DNA from: a virus
Length of the DNA stretch: 64,000 bases
Virus record (IMG/VR): IMGVR_UViG_3300031419_000579
Strand: one strand, 5' to 3'
Of the stretch, positions 1-8,762 are shown one piece after another. Each line of letters begins with the position of its first letter. Position 1 is the stretch's first letter. The translations under genes and the position numbers were made by a program. The notes below the pieces were generated by a model that was not told where the DNA came from, did not search any database, and saw nothing but the letters and a program-made list of their open reading frames with translations.

Positions 1-51
1 AAATAGTGAACTAAGAATGAAGATGAATATGAATATCAAAAAGTCACTCAT
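1..51 (-). CDS. 5' end of a hydrophobic (probable membrane) protein, runs off the window
   Basis: ATG at 51 with AAGGT upstream; translates MSDFLIFIFIFILSSLF. Confidence 0.55.
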   Translation of the reverse strand, partial: MSDFLIFIFIFILSSLF

Positions 52-104
52 GTCTTACCTTAATTAAATTAGCGTCTTAATATATATTCTTTAACATAAT
101 TTTT

Positions 105-686
105 TTAAATTTCCATCTCTGCAGCCCAATGATAAGCATCCATCGTTTCACCAGTACTACGCAGAATCACATCCCCTTCAACCCGGTCGAGCCTGAACGT
201 TTTGAAAGTCCTCGATAGATGGCAATAGCCTTCGATATACTGGCCATCGAACTTCTTTACATCCACATCACGAAAGCTGCTTTCACCGCTACCATTCACA
301 TAGTAAAACGCGACCTCAGTCAGTTCCGCGCCCTTCCCTTTAACGTAGTTAGCTGTACTGTATGCGTTTGGTTTATCCTTTTTTCGAGATAAATCGAAGT
401 CTTTTAATGCAGCAGCATGGTCACTAAGAATATCGTGATGGCTTCCTTTCGGTTCCTTATAGGTATGATTAGCGTACAACACAACTGCAATTCCGACAGC
501 CATCATAACGACAGCGATCAGCGCATTATCCGGCATCTCAATACCCACCCCACCGGAAAAGAAAAAATACCACGCGGAAAAAATAGATTTGCCAAATTTC
601 TTGGTGTTGCTTTGTTTTTTAATGCAGATGCTGCGAATAGCCCAAGCTGCAAGTATTAAAGAAAGCAGCGAAAAAATAATATCCAT
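105..686 (-). CDS. Membrane-anchored WYL-domain protein
   Basis: Hydrophobic N-terminal segments; C-terminal FYYVNGSGESSFRDVD...IEGYCHLSRTFKTFRLDRV resembles the WYL core. Confidence 0.75.
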   Translation of the reverse strand: MDIIFSLLSLILAAWAIRSICIKKQSNTKKFGKSIFSAWYFFFSGGVGIEMPDNALIAVVMMAVGIAVVLYANHTYKEPKGSHHDILSDHAAALKDFDLSRKKDKPNAYSTANYVKGKGAELTEVAFYYVNGSGESSFRDVDVKKFDGQYIEGYCHLSRTFKTFRLDRVEGDVILRSTGETMDAYHWAAEMEI

Positions 687-697
687 GTTCCTGTCCG

Positions 698-1540
698 TTA
701 AAAATTATAATCCATCGTTAACACCACTTTTCCTGCGGTATTCACCTCATCAGCGCCACAAGTGAAGTTAGTTCCCTTACTCGTCACGCTAATCTTCCGC
801 CCTGGCAAAAGGGCAATATCATAAACGTCGTATTTATCATCAATACCGAGCAACCAGCGACCATTGCTGATACTGGACACGCTCGCATCAACAATCCACG
901 ACCCTGAGTTACTTGAAATAAATTCTGGCTCATTAAGAGCATGCGAGATAAAGCTTAAATCCACCGCCCAGCTACCGGCATTCTGTAGCACACCTGCTGT
1001 CAGATTCTTACGCGGGATCACCGTGCCGGTGCTTTCTTTAGCGTTCTCGCCTGGCTTCGCGCCCTTCCCTGTTGCCAGCCACTGCAAAGATGCGCCGGTA
1101 TCCAGCGCACACGTCACCACTACATCACCGGGAAAGTAGTTTCTGCGGACCCAGGTACTGACCGTACCGGAAGAGATGCCGAGTAGCTCACAGAGGTGTT
1201 TTTGCAGAGTAAAGCCGTAGGCGTCCATGATGCGGCGTAAAACCGGCTTGCCGCCGTTTGAAGTGATTTCGTTGTAGAGGGCTTCACCCTTCGGTGAATC
1301 GGGAGCAATATCTAAATTTGCATTTGCAAGTTTACCACTTGTGAGCCAATGGAGATCACTACCGGTATCTAATGCGCATTTCACAAATGCGCTGCCGGGA
1401 ACGCTGTCACGCTGCACCCAGTTACTGACGTTTGCAGCAGGCACACCAAGGCATTCAGCCAAAGCTTTCTGCGTCGCAACGCCATAGGCAGACGCCAAAC
1501 GTTCGACGATTTCTAATGCCGTTCCTTCGCTAAAATCCAT
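698..1540 (-). CDS. cI: 186-type CI repressor with two tandem HTH domains (280 aa; start at MDFSEG, not the ORF-track start)
   Basis: Two copies of (AY)G...QK.L.E.LG....VS.WV.R...PG.....CALDTG.SL.WL..GK plus 186-CI-like C-terminal domain; divergent from cox. Confidence 0.88.
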   Translation of the reverse strand: MDFSEGTALEIVERLASAYGVATQKALAECLGVPAANVSNWVQRDSVPGSAFVKCALDTGSDLHWLTSGKLANANLDIAPDSPKGEALYNEITSNGGKPVLRRIMDAYGFTLQKHLCELLGISSGTVSTWVRRNYFPGDVVVTCALDTGASLQWLATGKGAKPGENAKESTGTVIPRKNLTAGVLQNAGSWAVDLSFISHALNEPEFISSNSGSWIVDASVSSISNGRWLLGIDDKYDVYDIALLPGRKISVTSKGTNFTCGADEVNTAGKVVLTMDYNF

Positions 1541-1555
1541 AAGCCACCAAATAAA

Positions 1556-1572
1556 TAAACATTTGTTGTTTA
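1556..1572. promoter_or_regulatory. Palindromic candidate operator in cI-cox intergenic region
   Basis: TAAACA-tttgt-TGTTTA inverted repeat. Confidence 0.35.
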
Positions 1573-1654
1573 CTAAACGCCATTTGATGATCTGGGATGT
1601 ATCACACCACATGAAACACCGTAGAACAAAACGACCCAAAGGAGATACTGCGTT

Positions 1655-2056
1655 ATGCATACTGAAAATGCAAACAGTGAAAACGCTTTTGACTTATTCC
1701 AGGCATCAGACCTGATCGCCAATATTGCTTCTGCGCTTATGCCTGCCCTTAGCGCAGCAGTAAACAACGCGGTAGAAAAAGCTCTTGCTATCAATACCTC
1801 CGCCACCATGTCGAAAGAAGATTTCGCCGCTGCCAACGGTATCAGCAAATCAGTTTTAGAAAAGTGGATAGCGAACGGCGTTGTACTTCTCGCCCCTACT
1901 CCAACCAGCACAGTCACGCGAACTATCGAATGCAAAAAGACAGGACATACCCGCACCGACGTGATGGAAAAACACGGTAATGCGCTTGTAAATGTTGCCG
2001 CATGGCGTGAGAAAAACCTGCAACACGCCATCAACTGCCGCTACATCAAACGATAA
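1655..2056 (+). CDS. cox: Cox/Apl-like regulator and excisionase
   Basis: First early gene opposite cI; HTH-like MSKEDFAAANGISKSVLEKWIANG and ALVNVAAW motif; strong AAGGAG RBS. Confidence 0.75.
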   Translation: MHTENANSENAFDLFQASDLIANIASALMPALSAAVNNAVEKALAINTSATMSKEDFAAANGISKSVLEKWIANGVVLLAPTPTSTVTRTIECKKTGHTRTDVMEKHGNALVNVAAWREKNLQHAINCRYIKR

Positions 2057-2087
2057 CTTGATTTTGCAAGTTTCGAGGATCCGAAGC

Positions 2088-2597
2088 ATGTTTGATTTTC
2101 AGGTTTCCAAACACCCTTATCTTGATAATGCCTGCCGTCAGTTTGCGCAAAAGCACAACTTGAAGGAGCTGGCTTGCAAAGTCGATATGAAAGCGCAGGT
2201 ACTGCGTAACAAGCTTAACCCCGATCAGCCGCATCAGTTAACCGTTTCTGAGCTGCTGCTGTTAACCGATGTCAGCGAAGATGCCGCGCTTATGGATGGC
2301 TTGCTGGCACAGCTGCATTGCCTGCCGTCCGTACCGGTAAACGAGCTGGCTTCTGAGAAGCTCGACTCCTACGTGATGAAGGCAACCGCCGCAATCGGTC
2401 AGGTCGCCGCCGGTGCGGTATCAACCGAACGCATGACGCAGTCACGTAAAAACGCTTTTGTCGATAGCGTCAATTCAGGCATTCGCTGCCTGACACTGGC
2501 TGCAATGGCCGTTCACTGTCGGATTCAGAGCAATCCGGCGATGGCCTCCACCCTTGATGCAGTCAGCGGTATTGGCGCATCCATGGGTCTGAGCTGA
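2088..2597 (+). CDS. cII: 186-type CII activator (169 aa)
   Basis: MFDFQVSKHP...LRNKLNPDQPHQLT motif typical of the phage regulatory CII family. Confidence 0.9.
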   Translation: MFDFQVSKHPYLDNACRQFAQKHNLKELACKVDMKAQVLRNKLNPDQPHQLTVSELLLLTDVSEDAALMDGLLAQLHCLPSVPVNELASEKLDSYVMKATAAIGQVAAGAVSTERMTQSRKNAFVDSVNSGIRCLTLAAMAVHCRIQSNPAMASTLDAVSGIGASMGLS

Positions 2598-2604
2598 GGT
2601 GACA

Positions 2605-2784
2605 ATGGCTTTTTCCATCGCACTACTGTTAAAGCGCCAGAACCCATCACCTGCCTATGGTCACGGCTGGATCATGGGTGAGAACGGTAAACGCTGGCAC
2701 CCAAGCTACAGCCAGAAAGCGCTTTTACATGACTTGTCGACCACTAAGCCGACTAACCCCTTTTTTCGCGCGTTGGATAAATAA
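2605..2784 (+). CDS. Fil/DUF2724-like early protein
   Basis: SIALLLKRQNPSPAYGHGWIMGENGKRWHP motif; position after cII as in 186. Confidence 0.7.
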   Translation: MAFSIALLLKRQNPSPAYGHGWIMGENGKRWHPSYSQKALLHDLSTTKPTNPFFRALDK

Positions 2785-2785
2785 T

Positions 2786-3166
2786 ATGACCAGCATCGCT
2801 AAAGCAGTACCTGATAGCAGCAAAGCAACGTTTAGTCATATTCGTCTGGTTCATGCCCGCGCTGACCAGGTTGAATCAATGACCTTTGACGAATTTCGCC
2901 GCCGCTGGCGTCAGATGCGTAAGAGCAATGAAAACCCTGCGCTGCGCTATTTCAATCGTCAGGGCGATGAGTTTAAGTTCTGCGTACTGACCCTGGCTAA
3001 CCGCGAACATCCCGCCAGCTTTAAGCAAGAGGAAATCGGCAGGCCGTTTGAAAGTTTCGATGAATATCGCCGCGAACTGATCATTAAAGCCATGAACAAA
3101 ATGTCGCGCTGGGGCGAACTGCTGCCGCGTCGATTCTCAATCTCAGACTGTTTTCTGTCTGAATAA
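2786..3166 (+). CDS. P2-family early protein (DUF5347-like)
   Basis: Intact 126-aa ORF in early operon; C-terminal RRELIIKAMN...LLPRR resembles DUF5347 proteins. Confidence 0.5.
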   Translation: MTSIAKAVPDSSKATFSHIRLVHARADQVESMTFDEFRRRWRQMRKSNENPALRYFNRQGDEFKFCVLTLANREHPASFKQEEIGRPFESFDEYRRELIIKAMNKMSRWGELLPRRFSISDCFLSE

Positions 3167-3234
3167 TTAACCGAATTTAAAAATACTGGCGTCAACTCGC
3201 CGGGCATTCTTTTGCCAAAAATAAGGAAATCTGC

Positions 3235-3465
3235 ATGCGTAATATACAAACCAACCCATTCGTTATCGGTTGTGACTTCAACACTGAGACACTGCTGAAA
3301 GCCGCGCGCAACGAGGAACGTAAAGATAAGGTACTGGCCGTTTCTATTCGCCTTGAGGCGTTAGCCATTCACATCACCCGTAACGAAATGAACGGTATCT
3401 AAGCCGCTGAATTACTGCGACAGGAAGCGCTGCGCTTTGAGCACGAATCGCAGGAGCTGCACTAA
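3235..3465 (+). pseudogene. DUF2732-like P2 early gene with in-frame TAA at 3400-3402
   Basis: MRNIQT...ARNEERKDK...RNEMNGI*AAELLRQEALRFEHESQELH*; family sequence continues through the stop. Confidence 0.8.
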
Positions 3466-3689
3466 TGGCTGATTCAATTGATATCGCCCAGCAGCGAGAA
3501 GCTGAGAACCTAGCGCGCTGCCTGGCTAATACTATCTATCGCCCGATCGGCGTCAGCGCATCCTTCTGTGAAACCTGTGATGCCCCGATCCCAGAAGCCC
3601 GCCGTAAAGCGCTGCCAGGTGTGATGACCTGCGTCCACTGCCAGACCATTCAGGAACTGAAAAGCGCGCACTTTGGTAAGCGTCAGTGA
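3465..3689 (+). CDS. TraR/DksA-family C4 zinc-finger protein (P2 orf82-like)
   Basis: MADSIDIAQQRE...CETCDAPIPEARRKALPGVMTCVHCQ. Confidence 0.9.
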   Translation: MADSIDIAQQREAENLARCLANTIYRPIGVSASFCETCDAPIPEARRKALPGVMTCVHCQTIQELKSAHFGKRQ

Positions 3690-5911
3690 TCATTGACTAC
3701 GCCCACCCGTGGAATCAGCCACGGGCGGCTATCGCAAAGCCTTACATTACTTACGAAGCAAAACGCCGCCGCGCACAGATGTACGCGGCTTTGTTGCATG
3801 CGCAGGAATTAGTTGAACAGCAGCCTACTATCGTCAAGCTGGACATTAAGCGCCGCTTTAACGACCTCGATAAAACCCAGGGAACAGCCCGCGCCAATGC
3901 GTACTTAACAAAGACCTTTGTTGAGCGCACATTGCCACGTGTTGAAACCGTCAGCGCACAGTATCGCCTCGGTTAAATGAATCCCGAAACCTTTAGCCTG
4001 CTGGCGCATAATGGCGGAAAACAACAAGGTTCGGCCAGAGCGGCCGGCACGTTGTGGGAACTGATGAAACGCTATAATCGCCTGCCGGATATGGCACGCG
4101 CCGATGTGGATTTACTGGCCGGTGATATCGCCAGCTTTTTACTGGCAGAAATGGTACAGGTACATGAGCTGGTCAGTGGTGAGTCAGATTATCAGTATAC
4201 CCATCGCGTCTATATGACGGCGGCAACGATTACTCGCGAACTGGATCAGACCCCGCCATTGTGGGAAAAGGTCACATCACGATTTTTCTGCCCGGAAGAT
4301 GTCACCCCGGCGATCATGCGTATGCAGACCGAAACGTGGTGGAAAGGCCGTTTACGCCGCATTGCATCATCATGGCGTGAGCACCTGCAAATCGCCCTCG
4401 CCAATATCAGCAAAAAGCACACCCCATATGCCAGCACCATGACCGTTAATGAGTGGCGCGAACAGAAGCGCCGCACGCGCGAGTATCTCAAAGGTCTGGA
4501 GCTGGAAAACGAGGAAACCGGCGAGCGCATCAGCCTGATTGATAAATTCGACGGCAGCGTATCGAACCCGTCAATTTGCCGTGGCGAGCTGATGACCCGC
4601 AACAGTGGATTCGAAAAGATCTGCAACGAGATGGGCTTTATTGGCGAGTTTTACACTCTGACCGCACCGTCCCGCTATCACGCCACCATTAAAACCGGCC
4701 ATCGTAACCGCAAATGGAACGGTTCCAGCCCGACAGAAACGCAGCGCTATCTCAGTAACGTCTGGCAGAAAGTGCGCGCCAAGCTGCACCGTGAAGAAAT
4801 CCGCATTTTCGGTATTCGTGTTGCCGAGCCGCACCACGATGCCACACCGCACTGGCACATGCTGATGTTTATGCTGCCAGAAAATGTCGACCGCGTGCGC
4901 CAGATCCTGCGTGATTATGCTTATCAGGAGGACAGCGGCGAACTGACAACTGCCAAAGCCCGCAAGGCACGTTTTCATGCCGAAGCCATCGACCCGGAGA
5001 AAGGCAGCGCCACCGGCTATATCGCTAAATACATTTCCAAAAATATCGACGGCTATGCGCTCGACGGCGAGCTGGATGATGAAAGCGGCAAGGAGCTGAA
5101 AGAAACTGCCCCTGCCGTTTCCGCCTGGGCGGCACGCTGGCACATTCGCCAGTTCCAGTTTATCGGCGGTGCACCGGTGACGGTTTATCGTGAGCTGCGT
5201 CGCATGGCTGACAGTGAAACCGCGCATGGTCTGAGCGTTGAGTTTGCAGCGGTACATGATGCTGCTCACGGCGGCCAGTGGGCTGATTACGTCAATGCAC
5301 AGGGTGGTGCTTTTGTGCGCCGTGACGAACTGGAAGTGCGCACCTGGTATCAGGCCAGCGACGAGCTTAACCACTACGGTGAGGAAATCACGCGCATTAA
5401 AGGCGTTTACGCCACCTCTGTTGGTGATGATACGCCGATCCTGACCCGTCTTGCGCAGTGGAAGATTGTCACTAAACGCGCCGTTGATTTGGCCGTTGAC
5501 CTTCAGGACGCGTCAGCGTCCTCTCGGAGTTCTGTCAATAACTGTACGGGGCAGCAGACTGAGCCGCAGGAAATTGACTTCACAAAACCGCCGAACCGGT
5601 CAGAACGGAGACGGATATTGGCGCGGATACGCAGTAAAGAGACACCAAAAGCAGGCACAGAACCCATAGCCCATCCCGGCAACAGCGAATCACGGCAAAA
5701 GCTGCATGGAATAGTGAAAGATATATCCGGTGTGGCACTGACTGAGTCAGAGATCACCAGAATGATGATGGGTGCCAAAGTGATAGTTAATGGAAAGTCA
5801 TATTTCAGCGGCTCGGCTGGCAATCTCTACGGTGGCAGTAAGCCAGATCTGAATCCTTTGGCACGCTTTAACCAGATGGCTAAGCGAGTGATTAACGAAA
5901 AGAAAGAGTGA
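3686..5911 (+). pseudogene. A: Rolling-circle replication initiator gpA interrupted by in-frame TAA at 3974-3976 (downstream 644-aa ORF 3977-5911 intact)
   Basis: HUH motif EPHHDATPHWH, GYIAKYISKNIDG tyrosines, FQFIGG motif; 3686-3976 and 3977-5911 are in the same frame. Confidence 0.88.
5516..5548 (+). other. P2/186-type rolling-circle origin (nick site) inside gene A
   Basis: CTCGGAGTTCTGTCAATAACTGT matches the P2/186 ori consensus as I recall it. Confidence 0.75.
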
Positions 5912-5971
5912 AAAACAGGCACTCAGACTAATCCGAGTGATACGAATCTTTACGCTTCCTAAACAGCATGA

Positions 5972-5991
5972 TACTGTTTATACATACAGTA
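5972..5991. promoter_or_regulatory. LexA (SOS) box
   Basis: TACTGTTTATACATACAGTA = CTGT-N8-ACAG. Confidence 0.85.
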
Positions 5992-6020
5992 AATTGAACT
6001 AAGCAGGAGGTAAAGGACTG

Positions 6021-6197
6021 ATGGGGTTAGATAAATTAAATGAGTCAATCGCACGTATACAGTTTGTCGCGGATGTCGCGCTCATCGCACAGTGCAAATC
6101 TGATGAACTACAGCTGGCTATGTCTTTGGTAAGTGACCTTGCGCGCGAGATTGATACTTCCAGACTGCAAGACGCGATTTTCTATCAGGCGGAATAG
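6021..6197 (+). CDS. Small SOS-controlled protein, probably Tum-like antirepressor (58 aa, below ORF-track cutoff)
   Basis: MGLDKLNESIARIQFVADVALIAQCKSDELQLAMSLVSDLA...; AGGAGG upstream; follows LexA box after gene A, the position of tum in 186. Confidence 0.6.
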   Translation: MGLDKLNESIARIQFVADVALIAQCKSDELQLAMSLVSDLAREIDTSRLQDAIFYQAE

Positions 6198-6241
6198 CCG
6201 CTCTGCAAGGCACCACAAGCCATAAAATTTGGACATAACCC

Positions 6242-6264
6242 AGCCGCCTTACAGGGCGGCTTTT
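6242..6264 (+). terminator. Intrinsic terminator
   Basis: AGCCGCCT-taca-GGGCGGCT followed by T tract. Confidence 0.7.
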
Positions 6265-6398
6265 CGTTATCTGGAAACGCATTTCCGTGCATTAGATCGC
6301 ATGTTCCAGATTGGATCCCCTACGCCCGCAAGCGCCACAACTGGCGCGGTTCAAGGGCTGCCATGCAACTGCATGAAAAGCGATGTATAAAGCGGGCA

Positions 6399-6417
6399 GG
6401 CGTGGCGGGGAAAGCAT
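6399..6417 (+). other. cos site (19-nt cohesive end, 186-type)
   Basis: GGCGTGGCGGGGAAAGCAT in the conserved GGGCA...TGCGCGC context. Confidence 0.9.
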
Positions 6418-6509
6418 TGCGCGCTGACTACGAAACACTTATCTTAATAGTCAGTAAGTCTTAGGCTTTATAACTTAGTATTAATCTTAGGCGTTCATTA
6501 AAGGAATAG

Positions 6510-8762
6510 ATGATGAGTAAAGATTCTCATAAATGGTCAAAAAAAGATGCTACTCCACTTAGAGAGCTTTTTCTTGATCCAAATAATTACCGTTTTGTTG
6601 ATAATGAAAGCTATCGCGTAGTACCAGTAAATAACATTACTGACTTTTCGATTCAAAAACGTACTCGGCATTTCATTGAAGGTAATCGCCAAGAAAATAT
6701 TAGAGATCTATTATCTAGCTTCAAGGCTAATGGTTTTCTCGATGTTGATATTATTCAAGTTAGAAAACTACAGGATGGTGCCTTTCTTGTATTGGAAGGA
6801 AACAGGCGCGTAACTGCTTTGAAATGCCTGCAAGAGGATCATGAAAAAGGTCTAGATATTGGAAATTTAGACCCGCAAGTATTTGGCAATGTTAAATTCG
6901 AACTCCATGAAACAGATGACATAGAAAAACATCTAATTGTCATGGGATTGAAACATATTAGTGGCAATAAAAAATGGTCAACCTTGAATCAATCTAAGTT
7001 GGTTCATGACTTCCTATTACCCTATAGGGAAAAAGATAATTATTTTTCTAAAGAAAACGAATTATGTGAATCTCTTGGCATTTCAAAAGCAAGATTAAGG
7101 TCCATGATTAGGGTATATAATTTAACCTCAGCCTACAAGCGAAGTGACTATAGTGAACAATTTGATCCTAGCCGCTATGGTATATTTGAAGAAATAATTA
7201 AGAAGCCAGCTATCAGAGAATGGTTAGACTGGAGCGATGAAAATTACGAAGCCAAAAACAAAATTAATCTTGAGAGATTGTTTTCTTGGATTTCAAAAAA
7301 TGAATATTCTTGTTCTGCAGAAGACCTCGAAGATGAAGAACCAGATGGGGATTTTTCATATAATAAAAATGATTATGAAGAACGAGAAGCAATTATAACT
7401 AAATCTTTGGAAATTCGCGAGTTGGCATTGTTTATAAATAATGAATCTGCTTTAGAAGTAATGGAGAGAGAAAGAAGCTTAGCTCGGGGACTAGCTGTTA
7501 GTGGGACAATTGATAAGCAAAATTATCAAAACGCTTTAGGAGGTTTATTTTCATCAGTAAAAGCGTTAGTTGAGATAAGAAATCACGTCAATAATGAGGA
7601 TGTTGAGTTATTAAATGATGCCAAGGAGAAATTAGCATCAATATTGCCTAAGAAAAGCAGTTTAAACATTGAGGGGGGTAACTTTAATGTTGCTTTTGAA
7701 TTTGGAAGGCCAACGCAATTTTCAGAAATTAATATAAAAAAATACAAATCATTCAAAGATTTCAATATTAAAAATCTTAATAAAATTAACATTATCGCCG
7801 GATTGAACAATAGTGGAAAAACAAGCCTTCTTGAGGCTATTTATTTATTGACGCAGCAAAATGATATTTCTTCATTCTTCAATCTGATCAAATCAAAAAA
7901 TAAAACCAATGATTTAAGTCCTTTGCTATTAAATAAGATATTCACAAAGAATATGGTTATCAATGGCATTTACAATAATGTTTTTGTTGGGGTAGAATAT
8001 AAGAAATTTGAAGCCATTGATATTGATAAAAAAGATGATTATATCGCATCTTACAATGTTACTTCTTCAGTCGATGGACAGGAATTTGCGACAACAATCC
8101 ATACTTTCGTTCATGAGCAAATGATAAGAAATAACAATTCAATTTTAAAACTTTGTCCTGCTTCAATTGAAAGCCCATATTTTTACAGTCTTGACAGTCT
8201 CGTTAGGAATTATACAAAATCAGTTGAAACAAAGTGCCAAAGGAACGGAAGTTCGGAGTTCGTTACCGCGTTAAGCTTAGTGGTAGAATTTATACGAAAA
8301 ATAGACTCCGCCATCATTGATATTAGATTTACCGATGAGGGCGAACTAAAAAGATTCATAGTTGAATCTGAGAAGAACAACTTTAGTAATTTCGACATTA
8401 CAACTTATGGCGAAGGTTTACAGCGAATATTTTACATTGCGTTAAGCTTTGCTGCATCAAAAAACGGTGTTCTATTGATTGATGAGTTCGAAACAGCAAT
8501 TCATTACTCTCTATTAGTTGAATTCACAAGTTTCGTGCAACAGCTTTCAGCAACTTTTAATGTTCAAATATTCTTAACTACTCATTCAAATGAGTGTATA
8601 TCCGCATTCGTCAACAACGGTTGCGATAACAAGATTATTTCTGGATTTCAACTTAATAATAATAATGAAAGAATAACATACAAAGAGGTAGACGGCGAGA
8701 GACTGCAATATATAATTGATAGTTTGGGGATCGATATTAGAGGAGGGAGTGATAATGAATAA
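6510..8762 (+). CDS. ParB/Srx-like N-terminal domain fused to ABC-type (AAA_15/AAA_21-like) ATPase; candidate defence protein
   Basis: LFLDPNNYRF and LVLEGNRRVTALK (ParB-like); Walker A GLNNSGKT, signature YGEGLQ, Walker B LLIDEFETAIH, H-loop FLTTHS; AT-rich. Confidence 0.85.
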   Translation: MMSKDSHKWSKKDATPLRELFLDPNNYRFVDNESYRVVPVNNITDFSIQKRTRHFIEGNRQENIRDLLSSFKANGFLDVDIIQVRKLQDGAFLVLEGNRRVTALKCLQEDHEKGLDIGNLDPQVFGNVKFELHETDDIEKHLIVMGLKHISGNKKWSTLNQSKLVHDFLLPYREKDNYFSKENELCESLGISKARLRSMIRVYNLTSAYKRSDYSEQFDPSRYGIFEEIIKKPAIREWLDWSDENYEAKNKINLERLFSWISKNEYSCSAEDLEDEEPDGDFSYNKNDYEEREAIITKSLEIRELALFINNESALEVMERERSLARGLAVSGTIDKQNYQNALGGLFSSVKALVEIRNHVNNEDVELLNDAKEKLASILPKKSSLNIEGGNFNVAFEFGRPTQFSEINIKKYKSFKDFNIKNLNKINIIAGLNNSGKTSLLEAIYLLTQQNDISSFFNLIKSKNKTNDLSPLLLNKIFTKNMVINGIYNNVFVGVEYKKFEAIDIDKKDDYIASYNVTSSVDGQEFATTIHTFVHEQMIRNNNSILKLCPASIESPYFYSLDSLVRNYTKSVETKCQRNGSSEFVTALSLVVEFIRKIDSAIIDIRFTDEGELKRFIVESEKNNFSNFDITTYGEGLQRIFYIALSFAASKNGVLLIDEFETAIHYSLLVEFTSFVQQLSATFNVQIFLTTHSNECISAFVNNGCDNKIISGFQLNNNNERITYKEVDGERLQYIIDSLGIDIRGGSDNE

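Noticed and set aside
1541-1660. ORF-track N-terminal extensions for cI (also for cII at 1992, capsid at 35869, holin at 44631, cro at 53373 and cI at 53311)
   Set aside because: Extensions run through promoters or operators or overlap neighbours; family-typical starts lie downstream.
4246-5823. Long minus-strand ORFs inside gene A (e.g. 4571-5374)
   Set aside because: Antisense shadows of a GC-rich coding gene; no family motifs or RBS.
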